A stretch of 64,000 nucleotides of DNA from an uncultured Candidatus Saccharibacteria bacterium (GCA_964597925.1 CAZQZT010000002.1:39038-103037); one strand, 5' to 3'. Counted from the stretch's first letter, positions 27,074-36,073 are shown. The notes: generated by a model from the sequence alone, not told the origin. A program made the numbers and translations.

Positions 27074-27787
27074 CTAAATTAGCTGGAGCTGGTGGCTAGG
27101 AGAAAGAAGCGAACCTATGCCAGTAAGCGAACGGTGTCTGTAGGCTCTAAGTGGCGCGTGCATCTGTTCGCTCAGTTTGTCTGCTATGGCTAGCCCTGCT
27201 CCGCCCGCCAAACCAAGCGACGGTACCGCTTGGGTGGCGCGTCCATGAAGCTCACGGGTTAACTGGAGTGCACGTTGCGACAAAGCCACGTGGTTACTAA
27301 AGGCCCCGACCACTGTACCGCGGGCTGAACGGTGTGTGCCTAGAACTAAATAGTGCGGTATATCAGCGTCTTCTGCACTAGCTTCTATAAGACTAGCACC
27401 CAGAAGCGTGAGCATGGTTTTTAGGCTTTCACGATGAGCCATAATGGGCACTCCCTTACCCTGCTGATCGATTTCTATAGTGTAGTCCCATTGTTTGGCA
27501 AATGGCTGTAGTGCTATAGCAACATCATATAAAACAGCGCCGGTAGTAAGTGGTTCTAGCAAAAGTTTGGTTTGCTTTTGGGCATACGATTGAGAGTAAG
27601 CATCTACCAACCTAAGCGCATGTTCGCTAACCACAGATATACGGGGCAATACAGTTTTACCAGAAAGTTCACTCAAACGAGCAATTTGTAGCAACGGCAC
27701 CTTTAATTGCTCTGCAAGCGCCATAAAAAGTTGATCTGATTGGTTACCATTCCCCAAGGCACATACCCTCGCCTTACTTATGGCCAA
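27074..27787 (-). CDS. Cytoplasmic histidine-kinase-like protein (degenerate DHp H-box and HATPase-like C-terminus)
   Basis: LFMALAEQLKVPLLQIARLSEL aligns to the H-box consensus FxxxxSHELRTPLxxI with Glu in place of His. The C-terminus GLAGGAGLAIADKLSEQMHAPL resembles the G2 box. No TM segments. Confidence 0.45.
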   Translation of the reverse strand: MAISKARVCALGNGNQSDQLFMALAEQLKVPLLQIARLSELSGKTVLPRISVVSEHALRLVDAYSQSYAQKQTKLLLEPLTTGAVLYDVAIALQPFAKQWDYTIEIDQQGKGVPIMAHRESLKTMLTLLGASLIEASAEDADIPHYLVLGTHRSARGTVVGAFSNHVALSQRALQLTRELHGRATQAVPSLGLAGGAGLAIADKLSEQMHAPLRAYRHRSLTGIGSLLSPSHQLQLI

Positions 27788-27814
27788 TTATAACACTATT
27801 GAACAATAAATATG

Positions 27815-28576
27815 CTACGGAACAAACTTGAGATTAGGTAATACGATGTTGTTAAAATCACCCTGGAATTGCTGAGATTCAGTAGATATTTTTATGGTTT
27901 TGTCTCTGAGAGGGAGTAAAACTATACTGCCGTTTTGCCCAGCGTTTATCTCACCGTCAATTCTAGCGCCTATAACGCTAGGAACGTTTTTTGCGGTAAA
28001 CGGCGTAACTTTTACTTTGCCAGCTTTTACTTTGCTTTCATACTGTTTCATTTCTGAGTCGAACGATTGACTTGTTACTTGTATGCGCAAAGCATAAGCG
28101 GCTTTGGACTGGGTACCAGGTACGAAATTTGGATGGAAATAACCGTCTAGAGGTGTAGATCCGTCACCCTTTTCTATAACATATGCGCTCCAAGTTTTTG
28201 GATAGCTGACGTTCACGCTACCGAAGTCTGCTGGGCCTTGGTATGTTTTTAGGGGCTCTTTTTCTTTTTCTAGGAATTCATTATCTTTTTTAGTTGATTC
28301 TTTCTTAACAGCAATGTCCGATGCCACGACTGCCTTTTGGTCGGAGTTGTTTTTATAATCTTGCTGGCTAGAATACGCCCATATGCCAAATACTAGAGAG
28401 CCGACAAGTAAGATTACACATATAACCAGCGCAATTGTAATACCCAGCCCACCTGATTTTTTTGGCTTGCCCTGAAATGGTGGCACGGCTGGAGGCACGG
28501 GATACGGCTGGAATGGCGCGCTATTTTGAGAAGGAGGCATAACGCTAATGGTAACCGAGTTAGCGACAATTTTCAA
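27815..28576 (-). CDS. Membrane-anchored extracytoplasmic protein, unknown function
   Basis: Pro-rich N-terminus, one TM segment (LGITIALVICVILLVGSLVFGIWAY), and a beta-rich ectodomain. Likely start at MPPSQ. Confidence 0.6.
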   Translation of the reverse strand: MKIVANSVTISVMPPSQNSAPFQPYPVPPAVPPFQGKPKKSGGLGITIALVICVILLVGSLVFGIWAYSSQQDYKNNSDQKAVVASDIAVKKESTKKDNEFLEKEKEPLKTYQGPADFGSVNVSYPKTWSAYVIEKGDGSTPLDGYFHPNFVPGTQSKAAYALRIQVTSQSFDSEMKQYESKVKAGKVKVTPFTAKNVPSVIGARIDGEINAGQNGSIVLLPLRDKTIKISTESQQFQGDFNNIVLPNLKFVP

Positions 28577-28588
28577 TGGCCGCGGTTA

Positions 28589-29098
28589 CTAGTCGTACCT
28601 GTAAAGGAAAAGACCGTTGAGTTCTTTCGAAAAACTTTTGCCCGGAATCACAAATGCATAGCTTACTAATTTTAATCTTTTAGGATGTAAAAGCTGCCAA
28701 CTCTTCATATCTTGTGCAATTTTTGTATCCAATTTGTGCATGTATCTATCTAATAAAAAAACATAAATACCATCTGTTAGTGGTAATTTATGATGCCAGA
28801 AATTGCCCCAGTAAAGCGTAATATATTCTCTGTATTTCCAGTGTTTTAGCGTACTCCAAAGCACCAGCAGCGGGTTTAGTTCATAGCCTATAGCGTATAT
28901 ACCCCGCTCAGCCGCGGCTCTCAAAATTCGGCCATCGCCACTACCCAGTTCTAGCATGGTTTGGCCGGGCTTTAGATCTAACAAATCCAAGGCATCAGAA
29001 GTTCTGGCTTTAAGGGTGGGTAAAAATGGTGCTCCAAAAACCACCACAAAACCAAAAATCAATATAAAAAACACTGCTATAAGAAATAACCATGTCAT
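28589..29098 (-). CDS. Class I SAM-dependent methyltransferase with N-terminal TM anchor
   Basis: Motif I MLELGSGDGRILRAAAERG. N-terminal WLFLIAVFFILIFGFVVVFGA. Confidence 0.65.
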   Translation of the reverse strand: MTWLFLIAVFFILIFGFVVVFGAPFLPTLKARTSDALDLLDLKPGQTMLELGSGDGRILRAAAERGIYAIGYELNPLLVLWSTLKHWKYREYITLYWGNFWHHKLPLTDGIYVFLLDRYMHKLDTKIAQDMKSWQLLHPKRLKLVSYAFVIPGKSFSKELNGLFLYRYD

Positions 29099-29280
29099 GT
29101 TTTTAAGTGTTCTATTTCATTCTTAACGTTTTTGAGATACTTCTCTAGTTGTTCTATGAGTTTTTGCCCTTGTTTGTACAAATCTAGGGCTTTATCTATA
29201 TCTAGTTCGGCAGATTGTAATTCTGAAAGTACGCTATCTAGTTGGGTTTGTAGCTCGCGATAGGAGACTTTTGTTGCCAT
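29095..29280 (-). CDS. xseB: Exodeoxyribonuclease VII small subunit
   Basis: 61 aa helical protein, SYRELQTQLDSVLSELQSAELDIDKALDLYKQGQKLIEQLEKYL, adjacent to xseA. Confidence 0.85.
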   Translation of the reverse strand: MATKVSYRELQTQLDSVLSELQSAELDIDKALDLYKQGQKLIEQLEKYLKNVKNEIEHLKT

Positions 29281-29284
29281 ATTG

Positions 29285-30427
29285 TTAGTTTACCTTATTT
29301 ATTGTAGCTTCGGCTGATCCGTCATGCAGCTGCAAGCTTATATGGTCGGCTGTTTTTAATAATTTTGCAGACTTTATAACCTGCGCACCAGACCGAATAA
29401 CTGCATAGCCACGCCTTAGCGCTGCCTGCGGATTCAATGCTTCTAAAAGATCCGCCTGGCGGGCTACATTTTGTTCGGCTGCTTGATAGACCTGTGCAAG
29501 CATCTGTGAGAGAGTTTTTTTGGTTTCTAGTGTATTCAACCCTCTAGCTTCTGTATTCTGCCGCAAGGTCCGGATCAGAGATAGTCGGGTTTCATGCAGG
29601 TGCTTTAGCACATCTTTTTTATCTGGAACTAAAAGCTGTGCAGCATTGCTTGGTGTGCTTGCCCGTAAGTCGGCAGCTAGTTCTGCTAAACTTATGTCTT
29701 CTTCGTGCCCTATGGCTACTAGCGTAGGTATACGACTTCCAGCAATTGCTCGCACCACTCGTTCTGCACTAAACGCCGCCAAATCATCGGCGCTACCGCC
29801 TCCGCGGGTAATAACCAACGCTTCTGGTGGATTAGACAACTGGTTCATGACTTCAATAGCATGGGAAATATCGGCAACAGCCGGTTCTCCCTGTACTTGC
29901 ACGTCATAGTGCACTACGCGCACCCCACTCCAGCGTTCGTTTAAGATTTTTATAAAGTCTGCGTAAGCTGCTGATTCTTTGGATGTAATCAAACCTACAC
30001 GTTCTGGTGCGAATGGAACCATACGCTTGCGAGCCGGGTCAAATAAACCTTCTTTTTCCAGTTTTGCCTGTAGTAAATCAGCAGCGCGCCTTAAACTGCC
30101 TTCGCCAACAGGCATGACTGACTGCAAGTTTAGACTAAAATTGTAAAGCGGGTGCACGCGCGGACTAGCCACAATTCGCACCATCATCCCTTCTTCTAGC
30201 GGACCAGGCAGCATATAAACTGTGCCGAAACATTTCACGCTAGCTGATTCATCTTTTATATCAAAGTAAACCCATTTGCCCCGGCTCACCCGCACATTTG
30301 CCAGCTCACCCTCTATGTTGACCAGCGGATAAGCAAACTCCAAAGTCTGATTCAATACGGCTACAAAGTCAGAAGGAGTAAAGATAATATCCATTTCTAT
30401 AACTTTAACACCAAAACACTGCGGCAT
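29285..30427 (-). CDS. xseA: Exodeoxyribonuclease VII large subunit (likely start MDIIF at 30394)
   Basis: OB-fold N-terminus (VNIEGELANVRVSRGKWVYFDIKDE) and catalytic core (ITRGGGSADDLAAF, VAIGHEEDISLAE). Confidence 0.88.
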   Translation of the reverse strand: MPQCFGVKVIEMDIIFTPSDFVAVLNQTLEFAYPLVNIEGELANVRVSRGKWVYFDIKDESASVKCFGTVYMLPGPLEEGMMVRIVASPRVHPLYNFSLNLQSVMPVGEGSLRRAADLLQAKLEKEGLFDPARKRMVPFAPERVGLITSKESAAYADFIKILNERWSGVRVVHYDVQVQGEPAVADISHAIEVMNQLSNPPEALVITRGGGSADDLAAFSAERVVRAIAGSRIPTLVAIGHEEDISLAELAADLRASTPSNAAQLLVPDKKDVLKHLHETRLSLIRTLRQNTEARGLNTLETKKTLSQMLAQVYQAAEQNVARQADLLEALNPQAALRRGYAVIRSGAQVIKSAKLLKTADHISLQLHDGSAEATINKVN

Positions 30428-30779
30428 GCGCCTGTGGCTCGCTATCGCCCATACTTTCTTGTGTTGACAAGAAAGTAGGCAAAGAAATCACGCCATATAC
30501 TACGAAAAACTACTAGCCTTTTTTGTGGTCAGCAGAAAAGAAAAAAAAGAACAGACGGATGGCATCAAAACACTATTTTCTCGAGAACCAGTACCTGCCC
30601 GAGCCGACAAAATGACCTTTAGAGTGTAGGATTCTTTAGGGTCTTTGTGACGAGTATGATCATTTTTACGGTGGAGTTCTTAAAGAAACGAAATCGGCCG
30701 TCGCTATTTTTTCATACTTTTTCTTCGACAAGAAAAAAATATGGTGGGAAGCCCGCCCTAGGCGGGTGCCGGAAGTATC

Positions 30780-31850
30780 TTATTCTTCTAATTTTACGAA
30801 TCCTTTTATTTCTTCGGCGTTTGTGGCGGTGTGGAGGTTTTTCTGATAGAAAACGTAGCCTGGCGGCAACTGAGTACCCATATTTACTACTCGATACATA
30901 ATAGTTACGGGCAAACTAATCGCGGCAGGTACACCACCCGCAACTAAAACAGCAGTCATAAGTGCTTCATATATACCGATTCCACCTGGCAAAATAGAAA
31001 TAAGTCCAGCAAAATTAGCAACTGCAAAGGCTAGAATTACAGCTCCAGGATTTACGAATTGACCAAACGCTGCATATACCGCATACAGCGATGCGACTTC
31101 GAACAAATTCGCCAGCAACGCAAACACAAGAGGCATCTTGAGCACTTTTAGATTGCGCCTAATATGCATGTAATTGATATGCAATTCGTGAAATGAAGAT
31201 TTGGCAGACACTATATTTATAGTTTCTGGATCATTACGGCGAAATACATGAATAATGCGGTTTAATACTCTAGCTACAGCCGTAAAAAAGCTATCTATGC
31301 GCTTTTTGCTGCCCACTACAAATACCAATATGGACGTACCCACAAACAAAAGCGTTGATAGCGAACCCGCCACTAGCAAAATAATGTCGTTTGCCTGACC
31401 TCCGACTGCCAGAGTTATCAAACCCAGAAAAAGTAGTACCTGAAAAGAGACAAATATCAGCACAAAGCGCATCAGCTGAACTAGTGTGGCCTGCGCTGTG
31501 GAAATTTTTTCATTCTTCAGACGTAAGCTGAGATATGAAAAACCACTAACTCCGCCGCTCGGAAACACCGTATTTACAAAGTTAAGCTCCAGGCTTAGAC
31601 GAAACATCGATCTAGTGCGAAATCTTTCACCCAGAATCCTAAACAAGCCTTGGTACAATTTGCCTTGTGAGAAATGATTTAGAAGCTGGAGTGGGATTAC
31701 CAACAAAACTACCCATAAACGAACGTTTTCAAGATTGCGCCAAGTATCTATAAGCTGATCCCTAACAGCATATGTTAATAATGCCAAAGCAATCAAAGTG
31801 ATAATAGTTAACGCTAATTTCCAACGTCTTTGCCGCTGCTTGTCAGTCAT
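30780..31850 (-). CDS. Flippase-like/LPG-synthase-TM (UPF0104) family membrane protein
   Basis: About 8 TM segments. Hallmark ILPGGIGIYEAL motif near the C-terminus. Confidence 0.7.
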   Translation of the reverse strand: MTDKQRQRRWKLALTIITLIALALLTYAVRDQLIDTWRNLENVRLWVVLLVIPLQLLNHFSQGKLYQGLFRILGERFRTRSMFRLSLELNFVNTVFPSGGVSGFSYLSLRLKNEKISTAQATLVQLMRFVLIFVSFQVLLFLGLITLAVGGQANDIILLVAGSLSTLLFVGTSILVFVVGSKKRIDSFFTAVARVLNRIIHVFRRNDPETINIVSAKSSFHELHINYMHIRRNLKVLKMPLVFALLANLFEVASLYAVYAAFGQFVNPGAVILAFAVANFAGLISILPGGIGIYEALMTAVLVAGGVPAAISLPVTIMYRVVNMGTQLPPGYVFYQKNLHTATNAEEIKGFVKLEE

Positions 31851-31883
31851 TAGACAATATTATAACAAGGTATACTGTTCTTT

Positions 31884-33107
31884 ATGACACAATCCGTTGC
31901 AATACTTGGCAGACAGCCCTCACTTGGCTTGGCCGAATTAGAAAGTTTATATGGTGGTGAGGTAATAACCCCGCTCGGCGTACAGGCCGCACTAGTAGAC
32001 GTAGACCCGTGCTTGCTTGCTTTTGACCGGCTGGGCGGCTCGGTAAAATTTGGCAAATTGCTTACAATCTTAGACAGCACAGACTGGCGAGAGATTGAAA
32101 AATTTTTAATAACCGTTGCGCCTGAACATTGTAAGCGTATGGTTGAGGGTAAAATGCAGCTGGGTTTAAGCGTAATTGGCATAAATGTAAGCCTAAAACA
32201 ACTGCAAATCACCGGACTCACGCTTAAAAAAGCCATCCGCCAAACTGGTCGTTCTGTTCGTCTGATCCCCAACAAAGCCCTAGAACTAAACACTGCGCAA
32301 GTTCTACACAACCATTTAACCGGCCCTACTGGCTGGGAGCTGTATTTCATCCGTGATGGACAGCGAACGGTTGTGGCTCAAACTATAAAAATCCAAGACA
32401 TAGAAGCCTACGCGGCGCGTGACCAAGCCAGACCCAAGCGAGATGCCCGAGTAGGCATGCTGCCCCCAAAACTGGCGCAAATAATTATAAATCTAGCTGT
32501 TGGCAAATTGCCAGCAAACAAACTAGCATCTATTTGCGATATCCCTGCAGGTGAGGTAATTCCCCGCCCCAAGCTCGACCAAACCGTACTTGACCCCTTC
32601 TGCGGTACCGGCGTAGTAGTGCAAGAAGCGCTTTTGATGGGCTATACCGCCTACGGAACTGATTTAGAAACGCGTATGGTGGAATATTCCACAGCAAACT
32701 TAGAATGGCTCCATGCATGGAACAAAAACTGGAAAATTGAAGCCGGTGATGCCACAAATTTCTCTTGGCAAGACTTTGACATAATAGCCTGTGAAATCTA
32801 CCTGGGACGCCCTTTTTCTGCTCTGCCGGCGCTCGAAGTGTTGCGAGAAGTAATGGTTGATGTAGACACAATACATAAAAAATTCCTACTAAATGTTGCC
32901 AAGCAAACAAAACCAGGCTTCCGAATGTGCTTAGCCGTACCCGCCTGGAAGACAAAACAAGGCTTTGCACACCTTAAAATGCTTGATAATCTGTCAGATT
33001 TGGGGTATACTCGGTCGGTATTTACTCATGTGGACAGTGCGGACTTGATCTATCACAGACCAGACCAAATCGTAGCCCGTGAGCTAGTCGTTTTAACAAG
33101 AGTATAA
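31884..33107 (+). CDS. Putative SAM-dependent (RNA/DNA) methyltransferase, UPF0020/Trm11-like
   Basis: Motif I VLDPFCGTGVVVQEALLMGY. N-terminal non-catalytic domain. TATACT (31871..31876) lies 7 nt before the ATG. Confidence 0.5.
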   Translation: MTQSVAILGRQPSLGLAELESLYGGEVITPLGVQAALVDVDPCLLAFDRLGGSVKFGKLLTILDSTDWREIEKFLITVAPEHCKRMVEGKMQLGLSVIGINVSLKQLQITGLTLKKAIRQTGRSVRLIPNKALELNTAQVLHNHLTGPTGWELYFIRDGQRTVVAQTIKIQDIEAYAARDQARPKRDARVGMLPPKLAQIIINLAVGKLPANKLASICDIPAGEVIPRPKLDQTVLDPFCGTGVVVQEALLMGYTAYGTDLETRMVEYSTANLEWLHAWNKNWKIEAGDATNFSWQDFDIIACEIYLGRPFSALPALEVLREVMVDVDTIHKKFLLNVAKQTKPGFRMCLAVPAWKTKQGFAHLKMLDNLSDLGYTRSVFTHVDSADLIYHRPDQIVARELVVLTRV

Positions 33108-33233
33108 GTAACGATTCTTTCTGGCACGTAATATGCAAGGAAGAATCGAGCACCGCAAAGGAGTCGTACTATAAGGTACGGTGATAGCGGAGCGGAAATT
33201 CTGACGCAGCAGATTGCTGCCAGAAAGGATCAG
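33108..33233 (+). promoter_or_regulatory. Structured 5' leader of rpmA with SD-sequestering long-range helix (candidate r-protein autoregulatory leader)
   Basis: TTTCTGGCA (33117..33125) pairs perfectly with TGCCAGAAA (33219..33227), which overlaps the AAAGGA SD. The alternative helix CGATTCTT (33111..33118) / AAGAATCG (33141..33148) competes for the same bases. A GCAGCA-GAT-TGCTGC hairpin lies at 33207..33221. Confidence 0.3.
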
Positions 33234-33506
33234 ATGTCACACGTAAAAGCAGGTGGAACAAGTAAGAACAATCATGACAGCCCCGGGCAACGCCTTGGCG
33301 TGAAGCTTTTTGGCGGCCAAACTGTCAAAACAGGTCAAGTTATAGTTCGTCAAACTGGCAGCACCAAACGCGCCGGCAACGGCACATTCAGCTCTAGAAA
33401 CTACACCATTCACGCAGCCAAAGACGGCGTAGTAAAATTTGCCGAACGCCGAGTGCGCCTCTTCAGCGGCCGAACAGTCCGCCGCACCGAAGTCACCGTA
33501 GAGTAA
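33234..33506 (+). CDS. rpmA: 50S ribosomal protein L27
   Basis: MSHVKAGGTSKNNHDSPGQRLGVKLFGGQ...IVRQTGSTKRAG. Confidence 0.92.
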   Translation: MSHVKAGGTSKNNHDSPGQRLGVKLFGGQTVKTGQVIVRQTGSTKRAGNGTFSSRNYTIHAAKDGVVKFAERRVRLFSGRTVRRTEVTVE

Positions 33507-33507
33507 A

Positions 33508-35052
33508 TTAACAATCTCCATATACTAGTAGCCTTGCAGCGGTTCTGTGTTGTGCAATATTTGCTGCGTGTATAATGACATTGTTTGCTCCATCTATGTA
33601 TCTGACGTCCCCGTAAAGCCCCTCCTCAGCACCAAAATCACCACTAAGCAAATCAAAAGCAATATTCGTAACATACTCACGGCTAGCTAAATGGACCGTG
33701 TCATCGCCTCTTTTATGGCGTTTTGAGCTTTGTTTTGAGCGATTTCTTACGACTCCCTCTGGAATAAGCAAGTTAGCAATAGTTCGCTTATTACTAAAAG
33801 CGTAGTCAAGCATTGAATTTCCCTTTGGATTTATTACTAAACCACTTGGCTCAAGGTGTGTATCCAATTTCTGATCAGCGCCAAAATATAATTGTAAACT
33901 TTGAGCTGGATGTTCAGTTATCCAGGCATTCAATCGGTCTCTAATTAGTTGCTTTACGACTTGTCTAGCTTCTGGATTTTCACGAAGCGTATCTTGATCT
34001 TTATCGCTTAGATTAATGGTCCTCTGTCCCTGAGCTACTACCGTGTTTCCTATCCCCAAACTTTCCAATGTTGCTATAAACAATTCATCTTGATAAATCG
34101 TTGACCCTGGGTGGAATATATTCCCAGCTTCGGGGTGTTTTTGAGATAATTTTTCTATATCAACAGAGTCTTCAAAGTTTTTTTTATCAGCCTCTGCTGA
34201 ACTTACTTTAGCAGCTTCTTGTTGCAAGAACCGTTGCATATCTTCTTGGCTATCTAATTCTGTCTGGATAACTTGATCGGCCAAATCGAGATCGAAGTCA
34301 TCTACATCTATTGATTGTAAATTTTGTTCTAATTTTCGTTTACCTCGTAAGATACCTCGTACTTTGGGTGCCTTCTCCTGCTCATGAAGTCGCTCTGTGC
34401 TTGGTATTATTAAAGCTGGTAGTTTTGGGTCTTCAGATGATATTGCTAGCGAGGATTGATTGTCGGCATGCCGAATTTTAGTAATAAATGGTAAATTTGC
34501 TGGGGTCGGTCCATCCTCGATTACTTCAGCAGCCGTATAACCCACATAACCGTTTAGTCTTTCTGTTTTAGTGACAATGAAAACTCGTCCATTCCGTTCT
34601 ACAATACCGTGACTGCGCATCGTATCTGGCGAATCTGACTCATTCTTGGTAACAAGTCCAATTAGGTTTGGCTTCCCGAGTTTTCCAGTTCCGTTTATTA
34701 GGACTGTTTCTGGCTGTTTTGTAAGAATCCTGCTCTCACCCCTTGATATTGATTGTGCTTTATATAGCTCAGGATTTGCGACCAAATGAAGTCTTTCACC
34801 ATAAGCACGAACAGTTGCCGGATTTTCACCTTTTCTAATAAGACTTTCGGCAAGCAATTGGCCTGATTTGTCTGACTGAACAACAAATGCGCCATTAGGA
34901 TGTTCTGTCCTGTCCGTTACAGCAAATGTACCATCTGGAAGCATTGCTTTATCAAAAATATCATTCATTTTCTGGTCAATGTCACCTGTAGAACGTATTA
35001 CTGCGTCACCATCTGGACTGACAGGATTAAATTCTGGAGCTTTGTCGTGCAT
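33508..35052 (-). CDS. hypothetical protein (514 aa), no signal peptide or TM segment, no recognisable domain
   Basis: Long uninterrupted ORF with an acidic central linker (DVDDFDLDLADQVIQTELDSQEDM). Its stop abuts the rpmA stop (33506/33508). Confidence 0.6.
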   Translation of the reverse strand: MHDKAPEFNPVSPDGDAVIRSTGDIDQKMNDIFDKAMLPDGTFAVTDRTEHPNGAFVVQSDKSGQLLAESLIRKGENPATVRAYGERLHLVANPELYKAQSISRGESRILTKQPETVLINGTGKLGKPNLIGLVTKNESDSPDTMRSHGIVERNGRVFIVTKTERLNGYVGYTAAEVIEDGPTPANLPFITKIRHADNQSSLAISSEDPKLPALIIPSTERLHEQEKAPKVRGILRGKRKLEQNLQSIDVDDFDLDLADQVIQTELDSQEDMQRFLQQEAAKVSSAEADKKNFEDSVDIEKLSQKHPEAGNIFHPGSTIYQDELFIATLESLGIGNTVVAQGQRTINLSDKDQDTLRENPEARQVVKQLIRDRLNAWITEHPAQSLQLYFGADQKLDTHLEPSGLVINPKGNSMLDYAFSNKRTIANLLIPEGVVRNRSKQSSKRHKRGDDTVHLASREYVTNIAFDLLSGDFGAEEGLYGDVRYIDGANNVIIHAANIAQHRTAARLLVYGDC

Positions 35053-35115
35053 AATTTTTGTTTGCGTTTAACAGATATAATAATAGCATAAGATTTGTTA
35101 TAAGTCAACTTGGTG

Positions 35116-35559
35116 TTAGTGATGTCGTCTTGGGGATTTGCTAGTGGCTTCAATAATTCGCCTTCCAGCTTTTCGTAATGCTTCAAGTGGTGCTGTTTCT
35201 TTAGCAAGCTGCTCGGGTTCTTTAGGCGACTTAACCGGCGACCAACAAGATTCTGTGGTTGCCGGTATTTCAGTCGTAATTGGTGATAGGATGGTCAGAT
35301 GTGGGCGGGACCGTCCTGGTTTTTTAGCTGCGTACCACGCTTCACGTATTAGATGACTTCCAGTAGCTGAAACGAAGAGAGTATCTACGTCATCATGTGT
35401 CGATGGCGTACCGATTATTGATTCACTATCCAAACCATTCCCGGGCATTGTATCCGTAGATATTACAATTAAATTATCCAACCTTGGGCTGCCAATACCC
35501 GAGGTATCTGATGTTCGATCTGGTGATGAGTGGGCCTTTCCGCCCCATTCTATGCCCAT
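35116..35559 (-). CDS. hypothetical protein (147 aa), Ser/Thr/Pro-rich, no recognisable domain
   Basis: ORF with a weak AAGG SD 9 nt upstream, located between a receiver-domain gene and the 514-aa ORF. Confidence 0.45.
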   Translation of the reverse strand: MGIEWGGKAHSSPDRTSDTSGIGSPRLDNLIVISTDTMPGNGLDSESIIGTPSTHDDVDTLFVSATGSHLIREAWYAAKKPGRSRPHLTILSPITTEIPATTESCWSPVKSPKEPEQLAKETAPLEALRKAGRRIIEATSKSPRRHH

Positions 35560-35611
35560 TTTCGAACCTTATTACAATTATGCTGTATTTGCAAAAGTTG
35601 TCCCCTGCTTA

Positions 35612-36073
35612 CTACATACCAAGGTTTTGCTTTATACGGTCAACCACGTCTGCTATAACAACTTGAGATTTTACCAAGTAATCATCTACGCCCAGGGATT
35701 CGGCGCGTTCTTTGTCACTGTCTTGGCTCAGTGCAGTTAGCATGATTACTTTTACGTTCATAGTTTCGGGAGTGTTGCGTAGTATGTCTAGCACGTCAAA
35801 ACCACTGACTTTGGGCATCATGACGTCTAAAAGTACTAAGTCTGGTCTGTATTCTACTACTGCTGCCAGTGCTTCTTCTCCGTTAGGTACTCGCCGAAAG
35901 TCAAAACCCTCTGCCTGCAGACGGGATTGATAGACACTGGCAAGCGCGTCATCGTCTTCTACGAGTAAAATCTTTTTAGCGTGTGGCACAGTTGGGTCTG
36001 GTGGAGCCGGTGTCGTTGGTGTTTGTTGTTCCTCCATAGGGTTTATGTTACATGAGCAATGGTCAATGTTCAA
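35612..36073 (-). CDS. Stand-alone response-regulator receiver domain (canonical Asp), Pro/Thr-rich N-terminal extension
   Basis: KILLVEDDD, PDLVLLDVMMPKVSGFDVL, VIMLTA, DDYLVKS. Likely start MEEQQ (36037). Confidence 0.8.
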   Translation of the reverse strand: MNIDHCSCNINPMEEQQTPTTPAPPDPTVPHAKKILLVEDDDALASVYQSRLQAEGFDFRRVPNGEEALAAVVEYRPDLVLLDVMMPKVSGFDVLDILRNTPETMNVKVIMLTALSQDSDKERAESLGVDDYLVKSQVVIADVVDRIKQNLGM

